This document shows positions 62,776 through 64,000 of a stretch of 64,000 nucleotides of DNA, piece by piece. Source of the DNA: a virus (taxonomy: Duplodnaviria > Heunggongvirae > Uroviricota > Caudoviricetes); the IMG/VR virus record IMGVR_UViG_3300037466_002980, positions 96,001-160,000 of that record. The stretch is one strand, 5' to 3'. A model generated the notes under the pieces. It saw only the letters and a list, made by a program, of their open reading frames with translations. It made no database searches and was not told the origin of the DNA. Each line of letters begins with the position of its first letter. Position 1 is the first letter of the stretch. The position numbers and the translations under genes are program-made.

Positions 62776-63630
62776 TTAAAGAATCTCCAAAGATGTTCCA
62801 CATTCGGCACAGAATTTGGCGGTTGCCTTATTAATGTGTCCACACGTGATACATTTTTGTTTTGTTTTCACTGTTACCGCTTCGGCTACCTTCTTTTCTC
62901 CACGATATCCTGTCAATCGAAGAATCATTACATTCGATGTTGTTTCGGCATTAAAACCATATACTTCAGTAAATTTTTGTTCCACTTTAGATCCAGGAAC
63001 AGTAATTCCTGTATCATTCATCGGAATAGATTCTGCCGAATACTTAGCATCGGATAGACTTGCATTAGCAGATAAAGAGGCACTCTTTACTTCAGATGTT
63101 GCATTCATTCCGCGAAGCACGGAACGCGATTTTTCTGAGCTCAATGTCCCTGAAAAATCATCTGATGATGCTATCGCATTCCAAGATCCATAATACGGAC
63201 CTTGATTCCAGTACCAATCTTTCCATGGATAATTGTAATGATAATTGTAATATACATCCTTATAAACTGGCTTTTCTTTTTCAAACCAATATTCGATGCG
63301 AACTACACCATCATCGACTTTAATACCACGTGGCCCATTTTCAATTGCTTCTGTTCTTTCAATGAATTTAAATGCATTTCCTTCTTCCATATTTCCTTTC
63401 TTTAGGAATCTTTTAATTTCTGTGGAAGAATTAGCATCAACAACAATATGTTCTCCGTCAAGTACATCAGTACCATCAATTTGAAGAGAAAATTTCACAC
63501 GTCTGCTATTAAGATTTTTAACAAAGATTGTAAATTCACTTCCAAAGGGAAGTGTTACAATATCTTTATTTTCACGGAGAATTTTGCCGTTATGTTTAAT
63601 GGCAATTGCCAGTTGGTTTGAATACATCAT
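62776..63630 (-). CDS. Hypothetical protein with C-terminal double zinc ribbon
   Basis: IDGTDVL, FKF motifs; CITCG..N....KFCAECG. Confidence 0.75.
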   Translation of the reverse strand: MMYSNQLAIAIKHNGKILRENKDIVTLPFGSEFTIFVKNLNSRRVKFSLQIDGTDVLDGEHIVVDANSSTEIKRFLKKGNMEEGNAFKFIERTEAIENGPRGIKVDDGVVRIEYWFEKEKPVYKDVYYNYHYNYPWKDWYWNQGPYYGSWNAIASSDDFSGTLSSEKSRSVLRGMNATSEVKSASLSANASLSDAKYSAESIPMNDTGITVPGSKVEQKFTEVYGFNAETTSNVMILRLTGYRGEKKVAEAVTVKTKQKCITCGHINKATAKFCAECGTSLEIL

Positions 63631-63782
63631 GTTTTCCTTTCTTACAGATGTCGGACTACACATCTCAATAAAAAGTTAAAGTCCTATAGGTGCCCACTAA
63701 TTGGGCAGTTTTATTTATCACATGTAAAGTATAGTGTTAAAATTTACATTTGTCAAACTTTGAATTTTTAATAAATATATGA

Positions 63783-64000
63783 ATGAGAGCACATGAATTT
63801 ATCAATGAAGATTGGAAACAAAATTTAGCCAGCATCGGTACAGGCGCTGCATTGGCGTTTGGTGGAACTAATGGAATAAATCAAAAAGAAGTTGTTCCTA
63901 TTGCACCAAAACAGGTATCAACTAAACCTACCGTGACAGATAATTCTAATCCTGCGTCAATTTTAAAAAAATTCGCTCTTAAGGCTGGTATAACCGGTAA
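63783..64000 (+). CDS. Partial late gene (N-terminus only)
   Basis: MRAHEFINEDWKQNLASIGTGAALAFGG... open to window end; AATAAATA at 63770. Confidence 0.7.
   Translation, partial: MRAHEFINEDWKQNLASIGTGAALAFGGTNGINQKEVVPIAPKQVSTKPTVTDNSNPASILKKFALKAGITG

Noticed and set aside
1-64000. Genome-wide TAG (code 15) recoding
   Set aside because: Core genes are full length under code 11, and readthrough of the TAG-ended ORFs runs into a terminator, a tRNA or a near stop

Overview
A 64 kb segment of an AT-rich, T4-superfamily-related jumbo myophage genome. Almost all genes are on the minus strand. 0.6-9.6 kb is a replication/recombination block: a mini DnaE-type polymerase piece, clamp-loader small subunit, UvsW, UvsY, UvsX and gp32-like SSB. 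10.6-24 kb is a packaging/tail block: large terminase carrying an Ala-initiated class 3 LAGLIDADG intein, head-completion nuclease, tail tube, sheath and neck, with a dNMP kinase among them. It is followed by rIIA/rIIB, two free-standing HNH endonucleases, and a 2582-aa fibre-like protein with a 20-aa repeat stalk next to a glycosyltransferase. Two accessory zones (32.5-37.2 kb and 47.9-63 kb) carry 17 tRNA genes read by hand. Several are non-canonical: a CUA amber-suppressor-type tRNA, an 8/4 tRNA-Ser, an Ile(UAU) tRNA with a 29-nt extra arm, and an odd CAU tRNA. The same zones hold at least three anticodon-less tRNA mimics and several other structured intergenic RNAs, interspersed with a DUF2828 (TROVE/vWA-like) protein, an RNA ligase, two Pth2-type hydrolases, and KTSC and NADAR proteins. 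The most novel candidate system is this tRNA-mimic/structured-RNA plus RNA-repair/translation-rescue module. Protein calls rest on motif recognition only and all RNA folds were done by eye; no searches were run.
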